Positions 29,446-39,459 of a stretch of 64,000 bases of DNA are shown piece by piece (position 1 is the stretch's first letter; each line of letters opens with the position of its first letter). This DNA is from Candidatus Latescibacterota bacterium (lineage in GTDB: Bacteria > Latescibacterota > UBA2968 > GCA-2709665). The notes beneath the pieces are model-generated. The model worked only from the letters and a program-made list of their open reading frames with translations, had not been told where the DNA came from and ran no database searches. Location: assembly GCA_965222075.1 (NCBI GenBank), contig OZ244937.1:4224001-4288000 (forward strand). The letters are read 5' to 3'. The translations under genes and the position numbers were made by a program.

Positions 29446-30525
29446 TCAGATGATATCCACCTTGCTGTCGTCCCCAAGCGTAAACCGGTACGCGGCCGGG
29501 CGGGCCTTGGCGCGGGTGACCTCGGCGTTGTGGCCGATGAGAGAGTCTGCAATCCGTTCGCCCAGGTCGAGGATGCGGCCGCCGTCTAAAACGATGGAGT
29601 GTTCGATTTCAGAGCCGACAATTTCCACCCCGCTGCCGATGGCCGTATAGGGTCCTACATAGGCGTCTTGCAGCCGACAGTTCTCGCCGATGACGACCGG
29701 CCCCCGGATGATGCAGTTGTCGACCCGGGTGCCCTTTGCGATTTGCACCCGTCCTGTGATCCTGGAGGAGGATTCGACCTGAACGCTCGGGGCGATTTCT
29801 TTTTTGTCCGGGAGTTCATCCAGGACGATCTGATTGGCCTCCAGCATGTCGTCTTTTTTGCCTGTGTCGAGCCACCAGTCGGTGAGGATGTTGGACCCGA
29901 CCTTCGATCCTGAGTCGAGGAGTTTCTGGATCGCGTCGGTAATTTCGTATTCTCCCCGGGCCGAGGGCTGGAGCTGGTCGATGGCGGCGTGCACTTTGGC
30001 GTTGAAGAGGTAGACGCCGACTAAGGCCAGGTTGGAGCGAGGGACCTCCGGTTTCTCTTCCAGGCGGATCACGCGGCCCTCTCCATCCAGTTCGGCGACC
30101 CCAAAGCTCCTGGGGTCTTCGACTTCCTTCAACTGGATCAGGGCGTCCAGGTCCTGTTCTCTATACTGTTTGGCCAGTTCCGACACCTCGTGCTTGATCA
30201 GGTTGTCTCCGAGGTACATCACAAAGGGATCATCTCTTAGAAAGTCACGGGAGGCCTTGACCGCGTGCGCCAACCCCAGCGGCTGGTCCTGGTAGATGTA
30301 GGTGATCTTTGCGTTCCAGCACGACCCATCGGCAACTTTCTGCTTGATCTCCTCGCCGGTCTCTCCGATGACGATGCCGATTTCCCGGACCCCGGCGCGG
30401 ACAATCGATTCGATGCCGTAAAAGACGATGGGTTTGTTTGCTACCGGCAGGAGTTGTTTGGCCTGGGTGTGGGTCATGGGCCTCAGCCTGCTTCCGATTC
30501 CACCACAGAGGATAAGGGCTTTCAT
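29446..30525 (-). CDS. Glucose-1-phosphate thymidylyltransferase (long form)
   Basis: GGIGSRLRP...KQLLPVANKP, YLGDN, EEKP, WWLDTG, C-terminal left-handed beta-helix. Confidence 0.9.
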   Translation of the reverse strand: MKALILCGGIGSRLRPMTHTQAKQLLPVANKPIVFYGIESIVRAGVREIGIVIGETGEEIKQKVADGSCWNAKITYIYQDQPLGLAHAVKASRDFLRDDPFVMYLGDNLIKHEVSELAKQYREQDLDALIQLKEVEDPRSFGVAELDGEGRVIRLEEKPEVPRSNLALVGVYLFNAKVHAAIDQLQPSARGEYEITDAIQKLLDSGSKVGSNILTDWWLDTGKKDDMLEANQIVLDELPDKKEIAPSVQVESSSRITGRVQIAKGTRVDNCIIRGPVVIGENCRLQDAYVGPYTAIGSGVEIVGSEIEHSIVLDGGRILDLGERIADSLIGHNAEVTRAKARPAAYRFTLGDDSKVDII

Positions 30526-30906
30526 TTTCTGCATTCCCGGTCTGACACTGTGAAGCTGGGCCGACATAACTTGGTTATCCCTATCAGTTGATCGTGAAAC
30601 CAAAATAAAGGTCGGTAAATTCTTTGTCAAGCATTTTCAGGTGAAAGGAGCGACGGATGGTTTGACGTAGCTTGCCGGTTTATTATCATTTATCAGTCAT
30701 TTTCACCCTCTGTTCGGGAGTCCGGGGAGTTCGGGTTTATGGAAGACCTCCAGTTGCTTTAGAAGCGGTGCCGAATTGTCTCCCCACTCTGTTTGCCGTT
30801 TGCCGTTATTCTTTGGTTGACATTTAGATTTCTTTTCTCCATATTTTTTTTAGGCTTGCATTTGCTCTTAGATTCATGATTCCATCTCCTCTGGTGGAGG
30901 CCTGCG

Positions 30907-31668
30907 ATGAACAAGGATCTTTCACCTATCCTCAACGACTGGAAGTTTGATCCGGGGGATATCTGCGCCCGGAAGATCATCGGCGTGGATGGCAGGGAAA
31001 AGCTCCAGGTCCGACTTGATCTGGGCGTGCTTCAGATGGAGTTGACCGGGCGTCCGGACAGCGCCCGTCCCAATGGCTACGAATCCGCCTTAGACGACTA
31101 TCTGGATCGCCTCGAGGACTATCGGGTTGCGCATGGGTCTGACGAGGGATTCTGCTTAGATGAAAAGGCGTGCGCCGAATTGTGGCAGGAGAGCGTATAC
31201 TATTACCACCGTTATATCTGCCTTCTGCGTTTGGAGGACTACGAGGGGGTCTTGCGGGACACGGCGCACAACCTGGCCCTTTTCGATCTGGTCAAGGCCT
31301 ATACCGACGATGAAGAGGCCAAGCTTTCTTTTGAACAGTACCGGCCCTATGTGATTATGGTCCATGCCCGGTCCAAGGGGGAGATTTGTCTGCAAAGCGA
31401 CGACTACGACGGCGCGCTGGAGGTGGTGCAGGAGGGGATTGAGGAGATCCGCTCCTTTTTTGAGGCGTTTGGCGATCCCGAGTTGATCGAGTCGAGCGAG
31501 GAACTTCAGGCCCTCGAGACTTGGGCCGAAGAGATCCGTCACAACCGTCCGTTGGGCCTCAAACAGCGGCTTTCTCAACAACTGAAGGAGGCTATTGCGG
31601 AGGAGAAGTACGAACTGGCCGCGCGGATTCGGGACCGCCTCCAGAGGCTCGAAGGCAGGAGTTTCTAA
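30907..31668 (+). CDS. UvrB/UvrC-motif-containing conserved protein
   Basis: C-terminal LKEAIAEEKYELAARIRDRL (UVR motif); N-terminal LQVRLDLGVLQME..GRPD. Confidence 0.75.
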   Translation: MNKDLSPILNDWKFDPGDICARKIIGVDGREKLQVRLDLGVLQMELTGRPDSARPNGYESALDDYLDRLEDYRVAHGSDEGFCLDEKACAELWQESVYYYHRYICLLRLEDYEGVLRDTAHNLALFDLVKAYTDDEEAKLSFEQYRPYVIMVHARSKGEICLQSDDYDGALEVVQEGIEEIRSFFEAFGDPELIESSEELQALETWAEEIRHNRPLGLKQRLSQQLKEAIAEEKYELAARIRDRLQRLEGRSF

Positions 31669-31685
31669 GCTTTTCGGTGTCCCAC

Positions 31686-32648
31686 GTGGAGCCCAGAGAG
31701 AAGATTTCGGTGGCCCTTACCAACTGGAACGGGGCCGCCCACATCGCGCGCTGTCTGGACGCCCTTTTTGTTCAGACGCATCCGCCGGCCGAGGTGGTGG
31801 TGGTGGACAACGGCTCTACCGACGGTTCCCGGGAGTTGCTCCGGGAGCGGTATCCACAGGTGCGGCTGATTGAGCGGCCGGTGAATGAAGGGTTTTGCAG
31901 GGGCTATAATCTGGCGATTGGGCATACCCACTGCCCTTACGTCCTGATCCTGAACACGGACGTATTTCTGGATCGGAATTTTTTGTGTGAGGCACTTGGG
32001 GCCATTTGTACAGCGCCGGACATCGGATCGGTTGCCGCACGCATCTACCAGGCCGGTACAGATCGGATTGACTATGTGGGGCTCTACATGCGGCGCTGGC
32101 TCACGGTGGTGAACAGCCAGAACGTTTCAGAGCCCGAGTTTGTTTTTTCAGGCAGCGGTTCTGCGCTGTTCTGCCGGCGTGCGATGCTGGAGGATATCCG
32201 GCTTTTTGGCGAGTATTTCGACGATGCCTTTTTTGCTTATTGGGAAGATGTAGACCTGGCCTGGCGCGCACAACTGCGGGGGTGGCGCTGTCTGTTTGCT
32301 CCCACGGCGGTTGCCCATCACATCGGGTCTGCCTCTCAGGGGGGGCAGGTGCGCGTGGTGAACAAGCCGGCTTTTATACAGCGACACGCCTGGAAGAACC
32401 GCTATCTGACCCTGACCAAGAATGCACCTTTGGGCGTTCTCCTTGCTCTGCTCCCCTGGCTGCTCCTGGCCGAGTTCCTGTACTGGCCCTATCTTCTTCT
32501 CCGGATCCCCCACCGCCTCCCCGTTTTTATTCAGGTCCCTGTTGATTATCTGCGCCTCTTCCGAAATACGATCAAAAAGCGCCGCTGCATCCAGAAGCGC
32601 CGACGGGTGTCCGATCGGGAGATTCTGAAATTTTTCAGGAAAATTTAA
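31686..32648 (+). CDS. Glycosyltransferase family 2
   Basis: VVVVDNGSTDGS, NEGF, LNTD, YWEDVDLAWR. Confidence 0.9.
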   Translation: MEPREKISVALTNWNGAAHIARCLDALFVQTHPPAEVVVVDNGSTDGSRELLRERYPQVRLIERPVNEGFCRGYNLAIGHTHCPYVLILNTDVFLDRNFLCEALGAICTAPDIGSVAARIYQAGTDRIDYVGLYMRRWLTVVNSQNVSEPEFVFSGSGSALFCRRAMLEDIRLFGEYFDDAFFAYWEDVDLAWRAQLRGWRCLFAPTAVAHHIGSASQGGQVRVVNKPAFIQRHAWKNRYLTLTKNAPLGVLLALLPWLLLAEFLYWPYLLLRIPHRLPVFIQVPVDYLRLFRNTIKKRRCIQKRRRVSDREILKFFRKI

Positions 32649-32715
32649 CCCTACAACCTTCGCGTTGCGGATTTCGGAATGTCAGACGCAATCCGCATTC
32701 CGAAGTTAAGTGTCC

Positions 32716-33828
32716 ATGATCGATATCCTTTTTGTGATTACGCGACTCGCCGTGGGCGGCGCCCCCCGGAATGTTCTGGCCACCATCCAGGGGCTTGAGC
32801 AGTCGCGGTACCGGATCGCTTTAGTAACAGGCCGGCCAGAGCCGAACGAGGGGAGCCTGATTGAGGTGGCGAAGGCGCTTGATGTAGACCTCCATGTCCT
32901 GCCTTCTCTTCAGCGGGAGGTCCACCTCCTGCAGGATCTGAAGGCGTTCTGGCAGCTCTACCGGTTCATCCGGCGCGGGCGATACCACATTGTCCACACC
33001 CATATCTCAAAGGCCGGTATCCTGGGGCGTCTGGCGGCTTACTGCGCCGGGGTTGGGCGCATTGTCCATACCTATCATGGGGATATTTTTGAGGGGTATT
33101 TCGGGCCGTTCAGGAGTGCGTTATTTCTCGGGGTTGAGCGCACCGTCGGGCTGGTGACAGACCGGTTTGTGGTGGTCAGCAAGGCCCTCCAGGCCCGCTA
33201 CAGGAGCTATCGGGTCGGGCGGCGGCGGGTGTTTTTCGTCGTGCCCAACGGGATATGGACCGATTCGTTTCCCGCGCCCAGGCCCGAGGCCCGAAAGGGG
33301 AGCTGGGTGGGGACAGCGGCGATGTTCTATCCGATCAAACGGGTGGATCTCTTCTTGGAGGTGGCCCGCCGGGTGTTGCAGCAGCGGTCCGATGCAGCGT
33401 TCGTGGTTGCAGGCGGCGGATCCGAAGAGGCTACGCTCCGGCAGGTTGCGCGGGATTTGGGCGATCCGGTCCGGTTTCTGGGGGTGCGGTACGATATGTC
33501 GGAGCTTCTCTCTACGTTTGATGTGTTTGTGCTGTGCTCGGATTTTGAGAGCGCGGGCGTCAGTCTGATGGAGGCGATGCTGGCCGGCGTGCCGGTGGTG
33601 GCCACGCACGTGGGCGGCGTGCCGGAGGTGGTTACCCATGGAGAGACCGGTTTTCTGGTCCCTCAGGGAGACGTGGATGCCCTGGCCGGCGCCGTGCTTC
33701 GGCTGTTGGAGGACGCGGCCCTGCGCAGGCGGATGGGAAGGGCGGCGCGGGAGGTGGCGCTGAAGCGATTTTCGGCAGAGGATATGGTCCGTCGGCTGGA
33801 TGCGTTCTACGGCGAGGTGTTGGAATGA
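32716..33828 (+). CDS. Glycosyltransferase family 4
   Basis: VGGA, HTHISKAG, ESAGVSLMEAM (EX7E), GGVPEVV. Confidence 0.9.
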   Translation: MIDILFVITRLAVGGAPRNVLATIQGLEQSRYRIALVTGRPEPNEGSLIEVAKALDVDLHVLPSLQREVHLLQDLKAFWQLYRFIRRGRYHIVHTHISKAGILGRLAAYCAGVGRIVHTYHGDIFEGYFGPFRSALFLGVERTVGLVTDRFVVVSKALQARYRSYRVGRRRVFFVVPNGIWTDSFPAPRPEARKGSWVGTAAMFYPIKRVDLFLEVARRVLQQRSDAAFVVAGGGSEEATLRQVARDLGDPVRFLGVRYDMSELLSTFDVFVLCSDFESAGVSLMEAMLAGVPVVATHVGGVPEVVTHGETGFLVPQGDVDALAGAVLRLLEDAALRRRMGRAAREVALKRFSAEDMVRRLDAFYGEVLE

Positions 33829-33841
33829 GGGATAAAGGAAT

Positions 33842-35098
33842 ATGTCCTATGAATTTCTGATCGCGCGCAGGCACCTTCGGTCCATGCGCGGGCGGAAGCG
33901 GGTTTCGTTTACGGCCATCATTGCGGTGGTCGGCGTGGCCATCGGGGTGGCCGCACTGGTGATTGTGCTGTCGGTGATGAACGGGTTTTCGGGGATGATC
34001 TGGGACCGGCTGCTGGGGATAAACGCCCACATTACGGTTCGGAAGGCTTACAGCGAGCGGATTGAGGAATACGGTCCTCTGCTTCGGACGTTGGAAGAAC
34101 ACCCGGAGGTTGTAGGCGCATCGGCGTTCATCCAGTCCGAGGGATTTGTGCTTCGCCGTCCACCGGGCGGAGAGGTGATCAGTTCGGGGGTGCTGGCGCG
34201 CGGGGTAGATGCAGAGAGGGCGCTCAAAACGAACGATCTGTCCGACTACCTCTGGGCAGGGCAAGTGGATCTGTCGCCCCGACAGGTGGAGGGGAAAAGG
34301 GCCGACGGGATGGTGATTGGCCGCGTTCTGGCCGAGAAGCTGGGGGCGATGCTGGGCTCCGAAGTCCGCCTGGGGATCTTTCCTAAAGAGATGCTCCTGG
34401 GGCAAATGCCACCGCTGCGTCGGTATGTGGTGACCGGGATCTTTAATACGGGGTATTACGAGTTCGATTCGGGACTGGTGTTTATCTCCCTGGGAGCTGC
34501 GCGGCGGGATCTGCAGTGGGACGATGTGGTTACGGGGATCCGGCTCCGGCTTCAAGATCCCTTTGCGGCCGATCGGGTGGGGGAGAAGCTCCGGGAGGTG
34601 CTGCGGCAGGTCTATCCGGGTCTTTTCCCGTCTTCCTGGATGTCCCAGCACAGCAACCTCTACGTTTGGATCCGGCTGGAGAAGTGGTTCAGCTTTCTGG
34701 CCCTGAGTCTGATCGTGATGGTGGCCGGGTTCAATATTATCAGCATTCTGACGATGAACGTGTCCGAGCGGCGGCGGGAGATCGGGATTCTCAAGGCGAT
34801 GGGGGCCACGCCGCGGAGTGTGGGCCGGATTTTTACCCTAGAGGGTTTAAGCATCGGCCTTGCGGGCGTGCTGCTAGGGAACCTGCTCGGGTTTGCTCTC
34901 TGCTGGGTGCAGCAGCGGTACAAGCCCATCAAGCTTCCGGGGGATGTCTACCTTATCAGTGCGCTGCCGGTGGAGATGCACGTTTTTGATTTTGCCATCA
35001 TTTCCGTTGCTGCCCTTATCCTGTGTTACCTCTTCACCCTCCTGCCTGCTCGAGACGCAGCGTCTCTGGATCCGGTGGAGGCGATTCGATATGAATGA
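33842..35098 (+). CDS. LolC/E family lipoprotein-releasing ABC permease
   Basis: IGVAALVIVLSVMNGF, GIFNTGYYEFD, ERRREIGILKAMGA, LDPVEAIRYE. Confidence 0.88.
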   Translation: MSYEFLIARRHLRSMRGRKRVSFTAIIAVVGVAIGVAALVIVLSVMNGFSGMIWDRLLGINAHITVRKAYSERIEEYGPLLRTLEEHPEVVGASAFIQSEGFVLRRPPGGEVISSGVLARGVDAERALKTNDLSDYLWAGQVDLSPRQVEGKRADGMVIGRVLAEKLGAMLGSEVRLGIFPKEMLLGQMPPLRRYVVTGIFNTGYYEFDSGLVFISLGAARRDLQWDDVVTGIRLRLQDPFAADRVGEKLREVLRQVYPGLFPSSWMSQHSNLYVWIRLEKWFSFLALSLIVMVAGFNIISILTMNVSERRREIGILKAMGATPRSVGRIFTLEGLSIGLAGVLLGNLLGFALCWVQQRYKPIKLPGDVYLISALPVEMHVFDFAIISVAALILCYLFTLLPARDAASLDPVEAIRYE

Positions 35099-35151
35099 AC
35101 AACACATGCGGATTGTGGATTGTGGTTTGCCGTTTTACAAGAGAGGTCTCT

Positions 35152-37509
35152 GTGCCCAGACGTGAGCTCCAGGTGCAATCTTTTCGGCAGGGTGTGGTGA
35201 TCGGACTTGTGTTGATGGCCGTTCTGATTCCCCTCAGTTACTCTTTTCTACTTCACGATTACCGTGTCTCCAAGCTGGTTATTTTACAGGTCTTCACGGT
35301 CTTTCTGGCGGTTCTCTGGGTTGTGGGCATGGCACTGGACAGGGAGATCTTTCTCCTTGATACCCCCCTCTACTATACCTTTCTCGCCTTCCTTGCCGTC
35401 CAGCTCATTTCCCTTTTTCAGGCCCATAACGTTTTTCAGGGGCTGGATACGCTGTTCGAATATCTCTGTTACTTCCTGATTGCGGTGCTGGTGTTTCACA
35501 CCGTCCGGGAGGAACGTCATCTTTACCTTCTTGCGGGGACCATGGCCCTTACCGGGAGTATTGTGGCGATCATCGGGCTGCTCCAGCACAACGGTATCCA
35601 CAGCATCGATTTCTTCGGCTGGTGGGCCATCCCCTTCTACAGCCGGTGGAACATTCCTATTTCCACCATTGGAAACGTCAATTTTGTGGCCGGGTATTAC
35701 AATGTGGTCTTTCCAATTTCTCTGACGCTGATGTTCCTTTTTCGGAGGATCTGGCTGCGGGTTGCCGCCCTCCTGGCCTGCTTTCTGATGGCGTGCCACT
35801 TCGTGGTGTTGGGCAGCCGTGGTGGATGGTTGGGCGTCGCCATCGTTTTTTTTGTGTTGGGGGGGATGGTCCTGATGCGTCACTTCCGCATCGGCCACCG
35901 GGTTCTGGATATGACCTTTGTTTCGATCGTGATACTGGGGCTGGGCTGGCCGGTCCTGGAGGGTCTGATGTCGGGCGTCCATGTCGGGCCGGGCCGAAAC
36001 CTGGAGAGATTGGCGGGGGATTACTGGAAGAACGTGGTTCGCCGGACCGAGGATGCCCTCAGAAGAAAGGACGATTCGAGCCTGCAGCGGTGGCTTTTTT
36101 GGATGGATACGCTCCGGTTGATTTACGACCGTCCTCTGGTCGGGGTGGGGGTCGGGAATTTCGAATACAATTTTCCCCGGTATATGAGCCCCCAGACCCT
36201 GAAGAAAAAGATGGACGTGGAGCGCATCCAGAAGAGGGAGTTGATGCTGTTCCGGGCGCACAACGAATACTTAGAGGTGTGGGCCGAGACCGGCATCCTG
36301 GGATTTGGCGTGTTCTTGTTTCTGCTTTACCAGATCGGAGCGGCCCTCTATGGTTTGCTCAAGCGTTACCTCTGGGGGGAAGTCGATCTTTTTGTCGTGG
36401 GGTTGACCGGGGCGATTGCCGCCACTCTGGCGCATTCTTTGTTTAGTTCCAACCTGCAGGATCCTGCCTCGGCGTCCCACTTCTGGATCGTGGTGGGCAT
36501 GGTCTGGTCGCTCAAGCTCAACACCGAGGGGGAAACACGGATCGGCCTGTTGGCCACAAAGGCAGGCGGCGTTGTATTTGGGGTGGTCGGAGCCGGGATT
36601 TTGGCCCTGGTTGGAACCATTGTTCTTGGGTTGCAGACGATATGGGGATCCCATTACTTCCTCAGGGGCATGCACTGGTTTGAAAATAAGGCCTATGCCG
36701 AGGCCGGGGCCGAGTTTCAACAGGCGGTCCGTTACAGGCATCTCCAGGCTTTTGCGGTTTATGAGGCGCTGGGCCGTACCCGCTATAACCAGAAGCGCTG
36801 GGATGAGGCTGTTCAGGCGTTTCAAAAGAGCCTTCTTTACCATGAGAACAATGACAAGGCTCACTATTATCTGGGGCTGTCTCTGAGGTATTCGGGGAAG
36901 TATCAGGAAGCCGTGGCGCAGCTTCGTCGAGCAGTTGAACTCAACCCATTCTCCGGCGCGTTCCGTCTGGAGCTTGGAAACGCCCTGGGGCTTGCCGGTG
37001 ATCCTCAAGCAGCCGTTGAGGAGCTGCAGGGGACGCTTCGGCTGTATCCGAACGCCCCTGAGGTCTACCACGCGCTGGGCGGCAATTATAAGCGGGCTGG
37101 AGACCTGGAGGCGGCTGTGGAGGCTTACGAGCAGGCCATCGCCTTAAGACCGGGCGACCCCGAAATTCTGAACAGCCTTGCGGCGGTTTACCTTGATCAA
37201 TCAAACTTCGAGGGGGCGCATCAGATCTTCCAGCGCCTGGTGGGGGAGTGGCCGGCCCGGCCCGACTACCGGGCCAACTTGGGTGTAGCCCTTTTCTTTC
37301 TGGGACAACCGGAGGCTGCACTTGCCGCCTGTGCCCAGGCCCTGAAGATAGATCCCGATTTTGCCAGGGCATACGGCATTATGGGTTCGATCTTCGAAGA
37401 CGCGGGGGACCGATCCCAGGCCCAGAGAGCCTACCGGGAGGCGCTGAAACGGGATCCCAACGACCCAAAAGTTCGAGGTCGTCTCAGGGCGCTGGAAGAG
37501 AAATGTTGA
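35152..37509 (+). CDS. O-antigen ligase family membrane protein with C-terminal TPR repeats
   Basis: Many TM helices, GSRGGW, GVGVGNF, AHNEYL, multiple TPRs; GAGAGG RBS before GTG 35152. Confidence 0.88.
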   Translation: MPRRELQVQSFRQGVVIGLVLMAVLIPLSYSFLLHDYRVSKLVILQVFTVFLAVLWVVGMALDREIFLLDTPLYYTFLAFLAVQLISLFQAHNVFQGLDTLFEYLCYFLIAVLVFHTVREERHLYLLAGTMALTGSIVAIIGLLQHNGIHSIDFFGWWAIPFYSRWNIPISTIGNVNFVAGYYNVVFPISLTLMFLFRRIWLRVAALLACFLMACHFVVLGSRGGWLGVAIVFFVLGGMVLMRHFRIGHRVLDMTFVSIVILGLGWPVLEGLMSGVHVGPGRNLERLAGDYWKNVVRRTEDALRRKDDSSLQRWLFWMDTLRLIYDRPLVGVGVGNFEYNFPRYMSPQTLKKKMDVERIQKRELMLFRAHNEYLEVWAETGILGFGVFLFLLYQIGAALYGLLKRYLWGEVDLFVVGLTGAIAATLAHSLFSSNLQDPASASHFWIVVGMVWSLKLNTEGETRIGLLATKAGGVVFGVVGAGILALVGTIVLGLQTIWGSHYFLRGMHWFENKAYAEAGAEFQQAVRYRHLQAFAVYEALGRTRYNQKRWDEAVQAFQKSLLYHENNDKAHYYLGLSLRYSGKYQEAVAQLRRAVELNPFSGAFRLELGNALGLAGDPQAAVEELQGTLRLYPNAPEVYHALGGNYKRAGDLEAAVEAYEQAIALRPGDPEILNSLAAVYLDQSNFEGAHQIFQRLVGEWPARPDYRANLGVALFFLGQPEAALAACAQALKIDPDFARAYGIMGSIFEDAGDRSQAQRAYREALKRDPNDPKVRGRLRALEEKC

Positions 37510-37517
37510 GGTCTGAG

Positions 37518-37682
37518 ATGTATCCCGACGATTCCCGAAAGAATCCGATGAAAGATCCAGGACAGCGGCCCTCACAGATGCTTCTGATCCTGATGGCAAT
37601 CGGTATTGCCGTTGCGGTGACCTTTCTGGGAGGCCCCGTTCTGTATCTGTCCGAGATCTGGAAAGCGCGACCGCTGGGGTAA
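37518..37682 (+). CDS. Possible small single-TM hypothetical protein
   Basis: MYPDDSRKNP...LLILMAIGIAVAVTFLGGPVLYL; directly follows the upstream gene. Confidence 0.4.
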   Translation: MYPDDSRKNPMKDPGQRPSQMLLILMAIGIAVAVTFLGGPVLYLSEIWKARPLG

Positions 37683-37700
37683 ATGATCCTGGGCCCTGAT

Positions 37701-38447
37701 TTAATACGTTGCGCGGCCTCCGCTGATGTCGTAGCACTGGCCGGTGGTGAAAGAGGCTTCGTCCGAGACGAGGAAATGGACGAGGGCAGCAACTTCTGCC
37801 GGTTTGCCGAGACGGCCCATCGGGATCTTTGAGGCCATGTAGTCGATTTGTTGCTGATCCATGCCCTCGGTGATTGAGGTTTCAATGAGGGCCGGCGAGA
37901 CGCAGTTGACCCGGATGGAGTGGGAGACGACTTCCTTTGCCAGGGCTTTGGTAAAACAGATGATGCCGGCTTTGGAGACGGAGTAGGGGATCATGTTGGG
38001 GTTTCCCTCTTTGCCGGATATGGATGCGATGGAGACGATGGTGCCCCGCTGCCGGTCGATCATTTGACCGATGACGGCGCGCGAGCAGAGGAAGACACTT
38101 TTCAGGTTGGTATCCAGGACGCGGTCCCAGTCCCCCTCGGCCAGGTCACGGACCGGGACGTCCCGGCCGACGATGCCGGCGTTGTTGACGAGGATGTCGA
38201 TTGCTCCCCAGCGTTCCTGCAGGGTGCGGACGGTGCGATTGACGTCGTCGGAGCAGGAGACGTCGGCCTGAATGGGGACCGCGCCGATGGCAGCGGCGGC
38301 GGTTTCGGCGGCCGCCGGATCGATGTCGACAACGGCGACTCGGGCGCCTGCTTCCAAGAGCCGCTGGGCAACCGCACGGCCGATACCTCGGCCGGCGCCG
38401 GTGACGATGGCGGTGCGGCCTTTGAGGGACATAGGGTCTGGAGGCAT
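37701..38447 (-). CDS. SDR family oxidoreductase (FabG-like)
   Basis: TGAGRGIG, NNAG, YSVSK, PMGRLG. Confidence 0.92.
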   Translation of the reverse strand: MPPDPMSLKGRTAIVTGAGRGIGRAVAQRLLEAGARVAVVDIDPAAAETAAAAIGAVPIQADVSCSDDVNRTVRTLQERWGAIDILVNNAGIVGRDVPVRDLAEGDWDRVLDTNLKSVFLCSRAVIGQMIDRQRGTIVSIASISGKEGNPNMIPYSVSKAGIICFTKALAKEVVSHSIRVNCVSPALIETSITEGMDQQQIDYMASKIPMGRLGKPAEVAALVHFLVSDEASFTTGQCYDISGGRATY

Positions 38448-38490
38448 GGTTGACCTTTCGGTTTGCAAAAGGGGTTATTGTAGGGGCAGA

Positions 38491-39447
38491 TTAGAAGTAG
38501 AGCAGATAGAACGTTTTTTCGGGATAGATCCGGATCGCGGGCGCAGGGAGGTGGACGAAACGGAGCGCGGATTTGACGCGCCGCCATATCTTTCCGCTGC
38601 CAGGTAGGTGAGCAGCGTTAAAATCGAGGGCAAGGAAGATCTCGTGCTGGGCCTCGATGAGGTCGGGGTATCCCCTGTTTGGCCCTTTGCTCTGCTTATT
38701 TGACCCGTGCATCCCCTTAGCGCCCACGCCCACGCCCAGCCCCAGATAGTCGGGCCAGACGCTGCGAGCTCTCTGCCAGAGCAGGTGCTCCATGTCCAGG
38801 GTCATCCAGAAGGTCATCCCCTCGTAATCATCGATTATCGACTCGTAATGGGGCCTGTTGCTCGCCTTTCGCTGGGCTCGGTCCCGATAGAGCGCGGAGG
38901 GGAAGTAACTCACTTTGAACCGGACGGCTTGCGCCCCGGGAAAGAGGGTGTGGACCAGAGGGACTGCCGCACCCAGCACGTTGGCCGTGAAATCGGGGAT
39001 GCTGAAGCCCCACTGATCGAACCGGGCATCCCGCATTTCGACGAAGAAGAGTTCCCCCAGGCTGGTCAGAGACCCCAGGATTGTCGATGTGCGCGGTGAG
39101 AATCCAACCCACGCGTAGATGCCGCCTATGCCCTCAGCGAGGGCAATGCCGGAAAAAAAGTGTCCGAATTTGTCCATGTTGAGGTAGGTGTCTCCGGACC
39201 AGTCGTTGATAAACCGGATGTGGTCCAGCTTTTTGCCCTGCCACCAGGTCCTGTCCAGGTACCGATAGACGACGTAATGGGCACCCCCTCCGCCGACGCC
39301 TACCAGGGCCAGCCGTTTGTAGCGCACGCCGGTTTTCCCCTGCACCGGAATCTGGGTTATTGAGTCGGGTTCATCCGCGTCCCCCGGAAGCGGGAAGAGG
39401 AGCAGCGTCAGAGACAGCAGGATGGGCTTTAAAGGGTGATGTTCCAT
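38491..39447 (-). CDS. DUF2279/YfiM-like exported protein
   Basis: Signal peptide; MDKFGH, WGFSIPDFTANVLG, DYEGMTFW. Confidence 0.7.
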   Translation of the reverse strand: MEHHPLKPILLSLTLLLFPLPGDADEPDSITQIPVQGKTGVRYKRLALVGVGGGGAHYVVYRYLDRTWWQGKKLDHIRFINDWSGDTYLNMDKFGHFFSGIALAEGIGGIYAWVGFSPRTSTILGSLTSLGELFFVEMRDARFDQWGFSIPDFTANVLGAAVPLVHTLFPGAQAVRFKVSYFPSALYRDRAQRKASNRPHYESIIDDYEGMTFWMTLDMEHLLWQRARSVWPDYLGLGVGVGAKGMHGSNKQSKGPNRGYPDLIEAQHEIFLALDFNAAHLPGSGKIWRRVKSALRFVHLPAPAIRIYPEKTFYLLYF

Positions 39448-39459
39448 CGGTGGCTCTTT